In this document: positions 48,694-58,711 of the stretch, in pieces | Position numbering within the stretch: the first letter of the stretch is position 1 | Layout: the number at the start of each line of letters is the position of its first letter | DNA from: Verrucomicrobiales bacterium | Lineage (GTDB): Bacteria; Verrucomicrobiota; Verrucomicrobiia; Verrucomicrobiales; V1-33 | Reading direction: 5' to 3' | Assembly: GCA_031411295.1 (NCBI GenBank) | Contig: JANOAV010000181.1 | Coordinates: 33,446-97,445 of the forward strand | Length of the DNA stretch: 64,000 nt | Made by a program: the position numbers and the translations under genes | The notes under the pieces: generated by a model | The model's database searches: none | Seen by the model: the letters and a program-made list of their open reading frames with translations, nothing else | Told to the model about the DNA's origin: nothing

Positions 48694-48722
48694 GGGAGGA
48701 TGGTGAACGAATCTGGATTGGC

Positions 48723-50396
48723 TTAACGAAATTCTACTTTATAAAAGCCGCGGTTGCTATTGAATCGTCCTGGATCCGCATCGGTGAAGGTGGCACTAAA
48801 GCCTGAAAGCGTCATGGTGCCAATGTCGTTCCATTGCTGGAGATCCGTGGAATAACGGACGAAAATCCCCGTGTTTCCAGGGCAGGTTACTGGCAACAGC
48901 AGCTTGCGCGCTCCGGCCGGCGCAGGGGCATAGACCAGAGTCCCAAAGGTTAGTGGGGCCGTCACAAAGGTGGCAGGACGGAGGAGTGCGTCAGGAGTGC
49001 CGTCTGCCCCCACTTGGAGATTTTCCCGATAGCCCACATTGAACGCGGAGGCATGGTGTGCGGTGGGAGAAACGGTGAAAGTGGTCACTTGACCATCATA
49101 GGTGGCCACCCCATTTCCCGCAGCGTCCAGAGAGATCGAGAGATCATGCCAACCGGACGCAGTGGCAGTTAAATCGTAGGTCTTTAAGATAATCCAATCC
49201 CGCGGGGTATTGCCGTCCAGATCGGCATCTCCGCCATCGTTGGCGTCCACTAAATGCAGCTTCTCGGATAGGCCAATGCCGCTGGCAGTAACTCCAACCC
49301 GCTCGTAGATCCAAGCGACGCCAGTGAAGGCATTGGCAGTTTCCGTCTGTGGCAGTGTGGCGGCGGATAGGCCCACCGCTCCGGTTAGATCTGTGAGATT
49401 CGTCAAAGCGTCACCTCCGCCGAGCCCATACAGCGTAATTTCGGAACCTTGGAACTGCACCGGCGGAACCGCATTGTTACTCTGCACCGGAAGGTCCGTG
49501 GTATCAAGATAGGCCCGGATCAGAAAACAAGCTGCAGTGGTGGGAAAGACCCCAGTGGAGGTGGCTCCATTTCCGCCGCCGGAAGGATCCCACATCACAT
49601 ACGCCTTGTTGCCCGCAGGCCCCCCGGAGGCGGGGATGGCGTTCGGGTTGTTGGGGTCGATCACCGTGGGATCAATCACCCGAGGGGAAACGAAGCTCCC
49701 CACCATGCCGGGCATTGCCGAGCCGAGGGTTAAGGAAGTGGGGTCTGACGGGATAAATGAAGTGAGGATGCCGCCGGGATTATTCGTGCTTCCTGGAGTG
49801 CCCGGCCGCAGCACAAAATCCCGGCCGTTATTATTCGTATCCCGGCCATCCACGTATCTGCCAATGGAGACGGTGGTGTTGAGGGGCGTTCCGGCAATAT
49901 CGATTCCCTGATGGTTCCCGAATACTCCAGGCCCTACTTGCAGGGCGACTGAGGCTTTGTCGGCTGGAGCCGTCGTTCCCGTGGTGATGAAGCCCACGCC
50001 CTTGTTGGTCTCATAGGCCACGGCATCAATCAGGACTCCGGTGGCATCACGCAGAGTAATGACCTCATTGTCGTTTTCCAAAAAATTTGCTGTCAGCACT
50101 TGATTCACATTGAGCACGCCGGTGTTGCCGAGCACATAATATCCTCCTGCGGCAATCGAAGTGCTGGCGGGAATTGTCGCTGAGGGATTCGTGGTAGTAG
50201 GATCATAGCCGCCCAGGACCCAGCCTGAGATATCAACCAGATCCGTGCCCGTGTTGAACAACTCAACAAATTCCCGATCGTCGGCCGTGCCTGTGTCGTC
50301 ATATTGAAACTCATTGATCACGATGGCGGCCTGAACGCCCAGCGTTAGCAAAGTGACCGCTAAGACAGCGGGGAGGATAATGGAGCGCGTTTTCAT
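48723..50396 (-). CDS. Secreted lamin-tail-domain protein
   Basis: Signal peptide followed by IVINEFQYDD...EFVELFNTG...DISGW. Confidence 0.8.
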   Translation of the reverse strand: MKTRSIILPAVLAVTLLTLGVQAAIVINEFQYDDTGTADDREFVELFNTGTDLVDISGWVLGGYDPTTTNPSATIPASTSIAAGGYYVLGNTGVLNVNQVLTANFLENDNEVITLRDATGVLIDAVAYETNKGVGFITTGTTAPADKASVALQVGPGVFGNHQGIDIAGTPLNTTVSIGRYVDGRDTNNNGRDFVLRPGTPGSTNNPGGILTSFIPSDPTSLTLGSAMPGMVGSFVSPRVIDPTVIDPNNPNAIPASGGPAGNKAYVMWDPSGGGNGATSTGVFPTTAACFLIRAYLDTTDLPVQSNNAVPPVQFQGSEITLYGLGGGDALTNLTDLTGAVGLSAATLPQTETANAFTGVAWIYERVGVTASGIGLSEKLHLVDANDGGDADLDGNTPRDWIILKTYDLTATASGWHDLSISLDAAGNGVATYDGQVTTFTVSPTAHHASAFNVGYRENLQVGADGTPDALLRPATFVTAPLTFGTLVYAPAPAGARKLLLPVTCPGNTGIFVRYSTDLQQWNDIGTMTLSGFSATFTDADPGRFNSNRGFYKVEFR

Positions 50397-50462
50397 GAGT
50401 TTTTGGATTAGATAACCTTGGATGGAAATAAATGATGGCTAACGAGGTTCGATGGCCTGCGA

Positions 50463-52697
50463 TCAGTCCACCTTGATGCGGTAGAACTGGGGTCCGGCGG
50501 GTGCGTCCGAGTAGTTGGTGACGGTGGTGGAGGAATCGACGGCTCCGATGATATCAACCGTGGCAGGGTCCCAGGTGGTCAAATTTGTGGACCGCTGCAG
50601 CGTGTATTTCACGCCGGGTAGGGAGGTGAAGGTGACTTGCACGGTAGTGTTGGGAGCATAGTAAGTGATTCCGACGATTTTAAGCTCGGCCTCGGCAGCG
50701 GTGGTGCCGGGCTTGGTGAACATGCTGGCAACTTGGTGGGGATTGAGTTCCACGCCGTAGATTTGAATGTCATCCATGTCGCCAATAAAGCCTGACCCTG
50801 CGGTGGTGCGGGAACCGATGTGCATTCCCGTGACTGTGGGATTGAGGGGATAATCCGGGAAGCCTTTCACAGGGACTGCCGTGTTGGCGGTGGCTTCCGC
50901 TACTTTGAGGCCATTAATATAGAGCCGACTCCGAGTCGCAGTCGTATTGGCAAAGCCATCCTCATCCAAGTGGGTGACGACGATGTGACGCACTTCGTCA
51001 TCGGCTGCACCGCCGGGACCGGACTGGAGAATCTCAGTCTGGGCGACACGATACTTTACATTCCCATCAGGTGTTAGGATCAGGCCGCAGATTTTTTCGT
51101 AGGTGGTTACGAAATCATAATCCCGCTGGAACAGGGTGCGCGTGGCTACGCCCACCGCAGCGGAGGGTTTGATCCACATGGATACGCTGAAGCTGGGAGT
51201 ATGCACGACTGTGCTAACCAGATAGTTTCCGGTGGTGCCACTGTTCGCTGGCAGCATCCCGGTGGAAGTTCCCGTATCCGTCAGGCTGAGCAGAGACGGT
51301 TTGCCAAAGACGAGCGGCTCACGGACCTGGTAGGTGGCGCTAACATTATTTCCGGAGCTATCAACCGCCGTAGCACCGGCAGTCTCGTCCAATTTATAAT
51401 GCGCCTCGAAGAAGCTGCCCACACTGCGGCGGGCGCTGATCCCGGGAAAGGTAAAGGAGGGCACTTGCGGATCGTCGCTGGTGATCACCATGCTGGCCGT
51501 CTTCACTCCGTTGGGAGCCACAGGATTGAAGCTGATGGTGAGCGTTTGCGTAGCCCCGGGTGCCACGACCAAGGGCAGCGGAGTTACCACGCTGTAGGAG
51601 GCAGCTCCCGTGCCGGTAAAATTGATGGCGTTGATGGTAAGATCTCCCAAGCTGCGGGAATTTTGAATCGTAAACGTGCCTGGCTGTGGTGTCCCGGTGA
51701 ACGTTGCTGGCGTAGCGGTTTGCAGAACCACCATGGTTGGCGGCGTAATGTCTTCCACGACCATGTTGTCCAGCAGCATCCACTGGTTATCGGGTGCGAA
51801 GCTGGCGGAACCAAAGGAATCCTCATATCCCACCATGGCCCCGCCCACCACCGTGCCAGTGCCCGTGGGACTGACATTGGAAAAGATGGTGGCACCAGGT
51901 CTTCCGACCGCCTGCATGTAAACTGTCGTCAGCCCACCCGCCACGGTCACATCGACTGACACCCATTGGTTGGCTGGAGCATGGGGCACGACAGTGCCAG
52001 CACCAGTGCCGCCGAATGCGGGGTCAAAGTAGGCAGTGTTATCCGCCGCTACCTCAATGTTTCGCAGCAGGGTGCCATTGGTGGAGGCTCCGGAGTAAAT
52101 TGCAGCATCGCCCCCGCCGCTCGTAGCCTGGCCGATGCCGCCCTCAGTCGCCAGCCAACCCCACATGCCCGAACCACGTGCGGTGCGGAAGCTGCGTCCG
52201 ACCGGAAGGACGGCCGTGTAGCCGACCGCCCACAGCATCTGTTCCGTGGTTCCAGCTTCATTCGGGTAGCCGAATGAGGTCAGAGTTACGGCAGGAGACA
52301 GCCTTAAGTAGCAGTCGAATTTTAGCCGATAATTGTTTGTCAGCGCCAGACGGGGGCCTCCCGCCGAACTTAACGCCACCAAATTCGCGATCCGCTCAGT
52401 GGTATTTGCAGGTGTGGCCGTGATATAAATCGCCTTCATCAACACCCCTCTAGTCGCTGTGGAGCCCGCAATCTGCCGCGGAGCTTCTGGAATGTTATGC
52501 ACCAGCGCCCCCACCGTCATATTCGAATAGTCCTCATAAGTTACAGTCATGCCAGTGCCATTATTCATCGCCACCTTGGCCGTCTCCTGCGCATCGAAGC
52601 TCTCGGAAAATAAATCTGCGGCCATGGACGATATTGGGCCAGCCAGGAGCGCCATGGGGCACAGTGCTTTTAGGAGGAGTCGAGATACAGTGTTCAT
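50463..52697 (-). CDS. Secreted protein with Ig-like (ASH/choice-of-anchor D-like) and LamG-like domains
   Basis: Signal peptide; LVVAPGATQTLTISFNP...ITSDDP; AHYKLDE...DSSGN, FSVSMWIKP, FIGDMDDIQIY. Confidence 0.8.
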   Translation of the reverse strand: MNTVSRLLLKALCPMALLAGPISSMAADLFSESFDAQETAKVAMNNGTGMTVTYEDYSNMTVGALVHNIPEAPRQIAGSTATRGVLMKAIYITATPANTTERIANLVALSSAGGPRLALTNNYRLKFDCYLRLSPAVTLTSFGYPNEAGTTEQMLWAVGYTAVLPVGRSFRTARGSGMWGWLATEGGIGQATSGGGDAAIYSGASTNGTLLRNIEVAADNTAYFDPAFGGTGAGTVVPHAPANQWVSVDVTVAGGLTTVYMQAVGRPGATIFSNVSPTGTGTVVGGAMVGYEDSFGSASFAPDNQWMLLDNMVVEDITPPTMVVLQTATPATFTGTPQPGTFTIQNSRSLGDLTINAINFTGTGAASYSVVTPLPLVVAPGATQTLTISFNPVAPNGVKTASMVITSDDPQVPSFTFPGISARRSVGSFFEAHYKLDETAGATAVDSSGNNVSATYQVREPLVFGKPSLLSLTDTGTSTGMLPANSGTTGNYLVSTVVHTPSFSVSMWIKPSAAVGVATRTLFQRDYDFVTTYEKICGLILTPDGNVKYRVAQTEILQSGPGGAADDEVRHIVVTHLDEDGFANTTATRSRLYINGLKVAEATANTAVPVKGFPDYPLNPTVTGMHIGSRTTAGSGFIGDMDDIQIYGVELNPHQVASMFTKPGTTAAEAELKIVGITYYAPNTTVQVTFTSLPGVKYTLQRSTNLTTWDPATVDIIGAVDSSTTVTNYSDAPAGPQFYRIKVD

Positions 52698-52754
52698 GGG
52701 GAATTAGTGTAGCGGATTTCGGGCCGATGGAGAAAGGAAATTTTGCTTAGTTGT

Positions 52755-55700
52755 TCACGGGAGGACGGTGGTCACTTTCCCGCGCAGGAAAAGGCGGGGA
52801 GGCAATAGGGAGGCGGGTGCATTTGAGCGCCAGACTTGCTGGGGTGGGCTGGTCGTGTAGTCCGTGTGATCGTAGGTCAGGGCGGCAGGGGCCCAAGTTG
52901 CCAAGTCCTCCGCCCACTCCACTGCGAGCGTGAATCCGTCACTATCCAAACGACGCGGGATGCGGAAATATAGGTGTGGCGTGGGAGCTGCGCCCAGCAA
53001 CGGATCGGCATACAGTTGCATCACTGGCGTCGGCAGTGGTTGCTTTCCCGTCACATGCTCCACCAGATTTAAAATGCCGTCCCCATCATCATCGCCCGTG
53101 GGGTTTGCTGGCGGATTCATGCCATCGGCTCCACCGGGATTGCCTCCCGCAACGCCACTAGCGCGCCAGTTGGCTGGCACCGTGTGGTCGGGATTGGTAA
53201 ATGGATTATTGAGCACCAACGAGAAATCAGCGCCTGTGTTAGCCAAGGGCGGCAACGGTCCGTCCGCTGCCACCGGCCAAGGCTCCTTATCGTTGTAGGT
53301 AAAATCTTTGATCACACCACCATTGGCTGCCAGGAGCATGATGCGCGCTCCGCTATTACTAAGATTTCCGGTATAAGCGCCAGCGATGCGATCGGAGCTT
53401 ACACTTGGATGACGATGGGCAAAAGCGGCTAGGTTCTCTACGACCAACACGCGTTGACTGGGGAGTAGATAGCGCGCAGAAGCAACTCCCAGGGTGAAAT
53501 CAAATGCCACTGCGCTGGCCAGCGTAACCCCGCTCAGGTCCACCGCCTCCTGCGAAATGTTGAGCAATTCGATGAACTCAAAATCGTTTCCTTTGTTAAA
53601 TCCTAAGGCCAACTCCGCCGCACTGGGCTCGGCCGGATGGTAATGAACCTCGGAGACCACGACATTAGCCGCCGTGGCTGGGACCGCTCCGACCACGAAC
53701 GTGGCCTCCGTGAGCGGACTCCAATTGGCACCTTGTTTCAAGCGCGCCCGCACCACGTGCGTGCCAGTATTGGCCAGGGTGACTGGGGTGGCGGACCAGC
53801 CATGGGAGAGGGATTTCAATCGCACATCGAAGGCCATGTCAGGCTGCACTCCGGTGCTGATAATTTTAACGCCATCATACACCACCTGGTGGACTTCCAC
53901 CGCCAGCGTATTGACGCCTTCCACCAGCAGTGCGGGGTTTAATTTCAGTGGATGAAAGGTCGTTTCAAAGCCATACGCCGCATCCAGTGCATTCGTCGCT
54001 TGCGAGCTGCGATCAATCAACGCAGGCGCATAGGGCATGTTGAAGCGCACGGCTTCCTGTCCGTTCAGATAGACCACTGCGCCATCATCCACATTTAACT
54101 CCAGCCACAGCGCATTCGTCTGGGCAGCGTTGGCTACATTGAAGGTGGTGCGGAAATACGTGGCTGGATTCACGCTGGCATCCGGTCCAGTGTTCGTGCT
54201 GGCGATGAGCGCCCCCGCGGCCAAGGTTGTCGTTTGGCTGTCGCCATAGCCAAATTTCCCTGCAGCACTCGGCCAGAGAGAATCATCGAAGCCTGCATTC
54301 TTCCACGTCCCCGCAGGCGCGGCGGCATTGCCATCGAGATATTTCCAAGTGGCTCCACTGTTCACCGGCGTGACCGGAGTTGGCGCTGGCGCACTGAAGG
54401 TGAGCGCGGCAGCATCCTGCGTTCCGCCCCATTGGCGAGGATCAGGACCATTGATGGTGTAAATGATCTCCCCTGCGGCACTGCGGTTAGGATCATCCAT
54501 CGTAAACGCAAAGCCCGGAGCCACATTGCCGCCGTATTGCACGACCTTGGTAGCGTTCGCCCGAATCTCTGGTGGCATGAGGTTGGTGCCCTGCGGAGCC
54601 AGCGAATTGTAGTCCATCCAGTTTAACCGCTGCCGCAGCCACTCCTTCATCCAGGCGACCTCATTGACGAAGGTGTTGCGATATTTCCATCCGTTAGGAT
54701 TCGGCCACTGATACTGTCCCAGGATGTTCCACTTCGCGAAATGTCGTGCCTGGGATTCATTCAACAGAGCCGCGTTGGTGTCCATCATCGCTTGCAGTTT
54801 CCCTTCTGCGAACGGCCCCCGCCGCAGTTGCCAGTAACGATCCCAGTATTGCATGACAAATTCTGGGTCCTGCTGGAGGCGGGAATAATAAGGATAGGAA
54901 GCACTAGTGATCGTGGAGTAATACCAACCTTGGATCTGGTCACCAATGGCGTAGTAGGAATTTCCCAGCGATAAATTGTAGTCCCAGATCGGCAAGGCAT
55001 TTACCTTCCCGCCCCGGTCCTTGGAATAAAAAGCGGACAAGCGGAACCCATCGATCTGCTTGAATGATTCGATCCAGAGATGGTTATCGCAGAAGGAAAG
55101 GGGATCGATATAATCGCGATAGCCACCCGGCTGATTCGCCCAAGTGGCTGCATTCAGCGAGTTTTCAAATCCCTGCATCCACGTCTGCAACGCCCCTGCC
55201 TGCACAGGCGTGGCCGCTTCCGGTTCCACGAGTTCGAGCGTCTGACTCCCCCAAGCTTGTGTCGTGGTGGTGCCAAAGGTCACGGAGTTGGCTCCGATGC
55301 GGTCCTTCTTGAAAATGTAGCCGCCACTAATCAACTCAGGTGCGGTCATACAGTCGGTTAGCTTCTCGATATTCACCCGCTCCCGGCCACGTTTGATTTT
55401 TTCAATCAACACATACACCCCACGATAATCGGAGTTTGTGATGGTGCCGTCATTCTGATTAAAGAAGACTTCCACGAAGCGCGTGCGCATGGCCGAACCA
55501 CCGCCGCGCAAGGCAAGCATGCTGTTGTAAGCAATGACGTTGCGCATCAGCGTCTTGTCATTGTAAGGAGCATAGAGCACCCAATCCGAATCACTGGGCA
55601 GGTCCAAGAGTCCTTCCTCCTTGTCATCCAGCTTGTCATTCCATGTTTCCCACCCATAGGAAAGCTGGGGAAAGCCGGAACTGCTGGAACCCCGCACATG

Positions 55701-57407
55701 GAACCCACTGATGCCGTCATACTGAGGTTTCACGACTGGCACCGCGGTCAGGTCCGTGAAGATTTTAGAGCGCCCGGCATGCACCGTATCGAAGATGGTG
55801 GCGTAGGTGTAGCGATAGGGCCGTGGAGCGGTGGAACTGCTGACGGAATCAATGTTATTGAGGAAACTGTCGATTACCACGATGGGTAAATTGGAACTAA
55901 ACGGTTGGCCGCTGCCCTGGTAGTTCGACAGGTCACTCCCAATCATGGCGAAGTTCAAATACCTCAGCGGACCTGGCAATCGGCCGGCCAGAAAGACTCG
56001 CGCCTGCACCACGGTGCTGGCAGTCAGATTAATTGGCGTGGTATAAACCGTCGAAGTGGCGGTTGGTGTGGTATTGTTAGTAGTATAGCGCACCACGGCT
56101 CCTGGCGTTACTGGTGGGCTGAAACTCAACGTGTTCGCAGCCGTCAGAATGCCACTCCCGCGCGAGGCGACCACAGATTCCAGCGGCGGGCCCAGACTGG
56201 CCGCACCGAAATTTTTCCCGCCGGGAGTCGGCGTCTCCAGATAACTATAATCGGTGGCGGTGGTGCGGATGCCGTAGCTGATGTTCTCCACCTGTTGCGC
56301 GTAAGTTACTTCACTGAGAATGGTGGTGCCATTGGCTGCCACCAGCAGAACCTTGCCGCCGTCTTTGCTGAGCGAGAAACTGGTATGCGGTCGGGCCGCA
56401 GTTGGGCGATTTTTGCCTGACGCAAAGAACCAAAGATAACTGGTGGCGGGGATGGTGGTGCCGGTGGGAATTTGCCACTGAGTCAGATTGGTCGTGCTGT
56501 CCGTGAGATAATAGCCGCCCACATTGATGGGGGCGGCAGTGCCGTTGTAAAGTTCGATCCAGTCCGGCTTATCGCAATCCTCGTCTTCTACGCCCGTGGT
56601 GTTGTCGGCTAGGATTTCCGAGATGATCGGTCCCGTTGTCGCAATGGGAACTACGGGCACAGTCGTGATAACAATATCATCAATCGTGGTGTCCTGCCGT
56701 TGGACGGGGCCGGTGCGGCCGGAGAAAGCAAACGTGGATCCAAGCTTGGGCGAGAAATTTGGCGTCGGCAGGTCCGTGCAAATAATGATTGGGCTCGTGG
56801 ACTGGGCATTCCAGGTGACATCCAAGCCCGTCGCTGCTTCCCAATGCACGATGGCGGTGCGATAGTTTGTGTCAAATGACCAACTCCGCGCAAAATTTCC
56901 CACACTCACGCCACCCGCAAACACTTCCAGCGACGTCGGGTCACCTCCACTGCCGGTATCCCAGCCAATAGTCAGCCCAGAAGACATCGCGAACCCGAGT
57001 TCCCCGTTGCCATAGTTGTTGGGAATGGGCCCGAAATTTAACGACCACCCCTCCGCTGGCAAAATGATACTTGGGGACTTCACATAATCTTGCCGCACTT
57101 TAAAAGTAACGGTGAACTCGGAGATCTCCTGGCCGGCATCAAGGTCGGCAATTTTAAAAGCCGCGTTGGTGCTGTTGGTAAGCATCGACGTCAGCCGCAG
57201 CACATTGGTGTGCACTGCGCAGGTGGATTGCACGGCGGAGCCAGAGGGCGAGGTGGGCGTAGTCGTCGTATTGGCCGAACACTCCGCATTGGTAAGGGAG
57301 GTCGTGCCATTGGTATAAGCCGTGAAATTTTCCGAGTAACTACCCGCCAGCGCGGCTTGGGCTAGGATAGTCCAAACCGCCACTCCGAGGGTGATGGCGC
57401 GTTGCAT
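52755..57407 (-). CDS. Secreted CotH-kinase protein with lectin-like, lamin-tail and FN3-associated modules (paralog of 1-3210)
   Basis: Likely start MQRAITLG; IISEILADN...DWIELYN; HVRGSSS, SDWVLYAPYNDKTLMRN, YRGVYVLIEKIK, WDYNLSLGN. Confidence 0.88.
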   Translation of the reverse strand: MQRAITLGVAVWTILAQAALAGSYSENFTAYTNGTTSLTNAECSANTTTTPTSPSGSAVQSTCAVHTNVLRLTSMLTNSTNAAFKIADLDAGQEISEFTVTFKVRQDYVKSPSIILPAEGWSLNFGPIPNNYGNGELGFAMSSGLTIGWDTGSGGDPTSLEVFAGGVSVGNFARSWSFDTNYRTAIVHWEAATGLDVTWNAQSTSPIIICTDLPTPNFSPKLGSTFAFSGRTGPVQRQDTTIDDIVITTVPVVPIATTGPIISEILADNTTGVEDEDCDKPDWIELYNGTAAPINVGGYYLTDSTTNLTQWQIPTGTTIPATSYLWFFASGKNRPTAARPHTSFSLSKDGGKVLLVAANGTTILSEVTYAQQVENISYGIRTTATDYSYLETPTPGGKNFGAASLGPPLESVVASRGSGILTAANTLSFSPPVTPGAVVRYTTNNTTPTATSTVYTTPINLTASTVVQARVFLAGRLPGPLRYLNFAMIGSDLSNYQGSGQPFSSNLPIVVIDSFLNNIDSVSSSTAPRPYRYTYATIFDTVHAGRSKIFTDLTAVPVVKPQYDGISGFHVRGSSSSGFPQLSYGWETWNDKLDDKEEGLLDLPSDSDWVLYAPYNDKTLMRNVIAYNSMLALRGGGSAMRTRFVEVFFNQNDGTITNSDYRGVYVLIEKIKRGRERVNIEKLTDCMTAPELISGGYIFKKDRIGANSVTFGTTTTQAWGSQTLELVEPEAATPVQAGALQTWMQGFENSLNAATWANQPGGYRDYIDPLSFCDNHLWIESFKQIDGFRLSAFYSKDRGGKVNALPIWDYNLSLGNSYYAIGDQIQGWYYSTITSASYPYYSRLQQDPEFVMQYWDRYWQLRRGPFAEGKLQAMMDTNAALLNESQARHFAKWNILGQYQWPNPNGWKYRNTFVNEVAWMKEWLRQRLNWMDYNSLAPQGTNLMPPEIRANATKVVQYGGNVAPGFAFTMDDPNRSAAGEIIYTINGPDPRQWGGTQDAAALTFSAPAPTPVTPVNSGATWKYLDGNAAAPAGTWKNAGFDDSLWPSAAGKFGYGDSQTTTLAAGALIASTNTGPDASVNPATYFRTTFNVANAAQTNALWLELNVDDGAVVYLNGQEAVRFNMPYAPALIDRSSQATNALDAAYGFETTFHPLKLNPALLVEGVNTLAVEVHQVVYDGVKIISTGVQPDMAFDVRLKSLSHGWSATPVTLANTGTHVVRARLKQGANWSPLTEATFVVGAVPATAANVVVSEVHYHPAEPSAAELALGFNKGNDFEFIELLNISQEAVDLSGVTLASAVAFDFTLGVASARYLLPSQRVLVVENLAAFAHRHPSVSSDRIAGAYTGNLSNSGARIMLLAANGGVIKDFTYNDKEPWPVAADGPLPPLANTGADFSLVLNNPFTNPDHTVPANWRASGVAGGNPGGADGMNPPANPTGDDDGDGILNLVEHVTGKQPLPTPVMQLYADPLLGAAPTPHLYFRIPRRLDSDGFTLAVEWAEDLATWAPAALTYDHTDYTTSPPQQVWRSNAPASLLPPRLFLRGKVTTVLP

Positions 57408-57819
57408 GATAGGGGAAGAGGTAAGGGGAAAGACCATCGGTCACGCTCGCTGGGCGCGTGACCAAACTAAGGGGACTGACGACGCCACGCCAACAGACCA
57501 AAGCAGCGGAGAGCCAATGAAGGAGAGACTAGGCAACCCCAGACAATGTTGCTGCGAACGTCGGCAGAACTGGGGATTTCTGCTGCACGGGTGGCAAAAC
57601 ATAATTGGAGGGGACGTTTCATGAGCGCAGGCGGGACAACCATTGATGAAGGTTTACTGCGTTTTGTATACCCCTCTCAGGATCAGTAGGCAAGCAAGAT
57701 ACTGACCATGCAATGTTTCATATTAGACGCGATACAAAGTGGAATGCGGTCCTCCGCGCTTTCCATGCAGCATCACCTAGCCTCGACGGTCGTCCCGCTC
57801 CGCCCTTCCTTAGATCTCC

Positions 57820-58626
57820 CTAGTGGGTGATGAAGCGCACTTGGGTGGTATTGGAAGAGGCGTATTGCCAAGCCCCGCGCTTCTGGGCGATGGCCCTTTG
57901 CTCCAGAAGCTGCAAATCTGCCAGAAACGTCTCCGTAGTGGAGTGATCTGGGAGCGGTTCTTGACTGGAGCAAACCGTGGCCAGTCCCTGCTCCACCAGC
58001 AGGGTGGCAAGATTGGTCGGCTCACCAGTGCGAGCGGTCAGAAAAACGAAGGCCCGGCAAGTCACTTCTTTATTGGGCGCTTCTTCAGGGGCGCGCTCCC
58101 AACGCGTCACCACATCGAACGAGCGGTCACTGAGGACCTTGGTGATGAATTCCTTTCCGCTCCGGGCGACTAAGCGCAACTGTTCCTCGGTTAGCCCAAA
58201 ATACGCGGTTTGCGCACTGATTTGCTTGCTATCGAGCGGCAGGTCCGGGGCATCTACGAAATACAGTGAGAACCGGTAATCACAGGACCGCGTCATCACC
58301 GTAAAGGAATCGCCATCATTACTGACATCGGGCTTTAATCTGCAATTGGTCAGGATCTGCTGACGGGCCTTTTCGGCCGGCACCGAAGGAGTGTCGGCAA
58401 CACCGGGAGGCGGCACTGGGAGACGACCATCCCGTGGCGGGGGCGGCAACATTTGTTGGGAGGGGGGCGCAACGGGACTCTCGCTCCCGCTCACTTTCGG
58501 CACATTGGCGCTGGTGGGGCTTGACTCCGGTGCCCGACTCGGCTTTAGGATGGCTGCGAGAATGAGAAGTCCCAGAAGGAATATTCCGGTGACTAAGAGG
58601 CTGAATTTTGTGCTGCGTTCTTCCAT
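57820..58626 (-). CDS. Membrane-anchored thermonuclease (SNase)-like protein
   Basis: N-terminal TM and Pro-rich linker; NDGDSF, LYFVDAPD, LLVEQGLA, AIAQKRGAW. Confidence 0.65.
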   Translation of the reverse strand: MEERSTKFSLLVTGIFLLGLLILAAILKPSRAPESSPTSANVPKVSGSESPVAPPSQQMLPPPPRDGRLPVPPPGVADTPSVPAEKARQQILTNCRLKPDVSNDGDSFTVMTRSCDYRFSLYFVDAPDLPLDSKQISAQTAYFGLTEEQLRLVARSGKEFITKVLSDRSFDVVTRWERAPEEAPNKEVTCRAFVFLTARTGEPTNLATLLVEQGLATVCSSQEPLPDHSTTETFLADLQLLEQRAIAQKRGAWQYASSNTTQVRFITH

Positions 58627-58711
58627 AATTAGATAATTTTAAAAATAAAGTAGTCCGAATAGCTTAGTTTGCAAAAGTTTTCTCCGAATTTCTAGAAATA
58701 AGATTGATCAA

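Noticed and set aside
48537..48697. Mini CRISPR array (two identical 25-nt repeats)
   Set aside because: Only two direct copies, each paired with an inverted arm inside the 70-nt gap; no cas genes; better explained as REP doublets.
57440..57800. Riboswitch, sRNA or leader peptide upstream of the CotH paralog
   Set aside because: No recognisable aptamer consensus; the ~50-codon minus-strand ORF has no supporting features.
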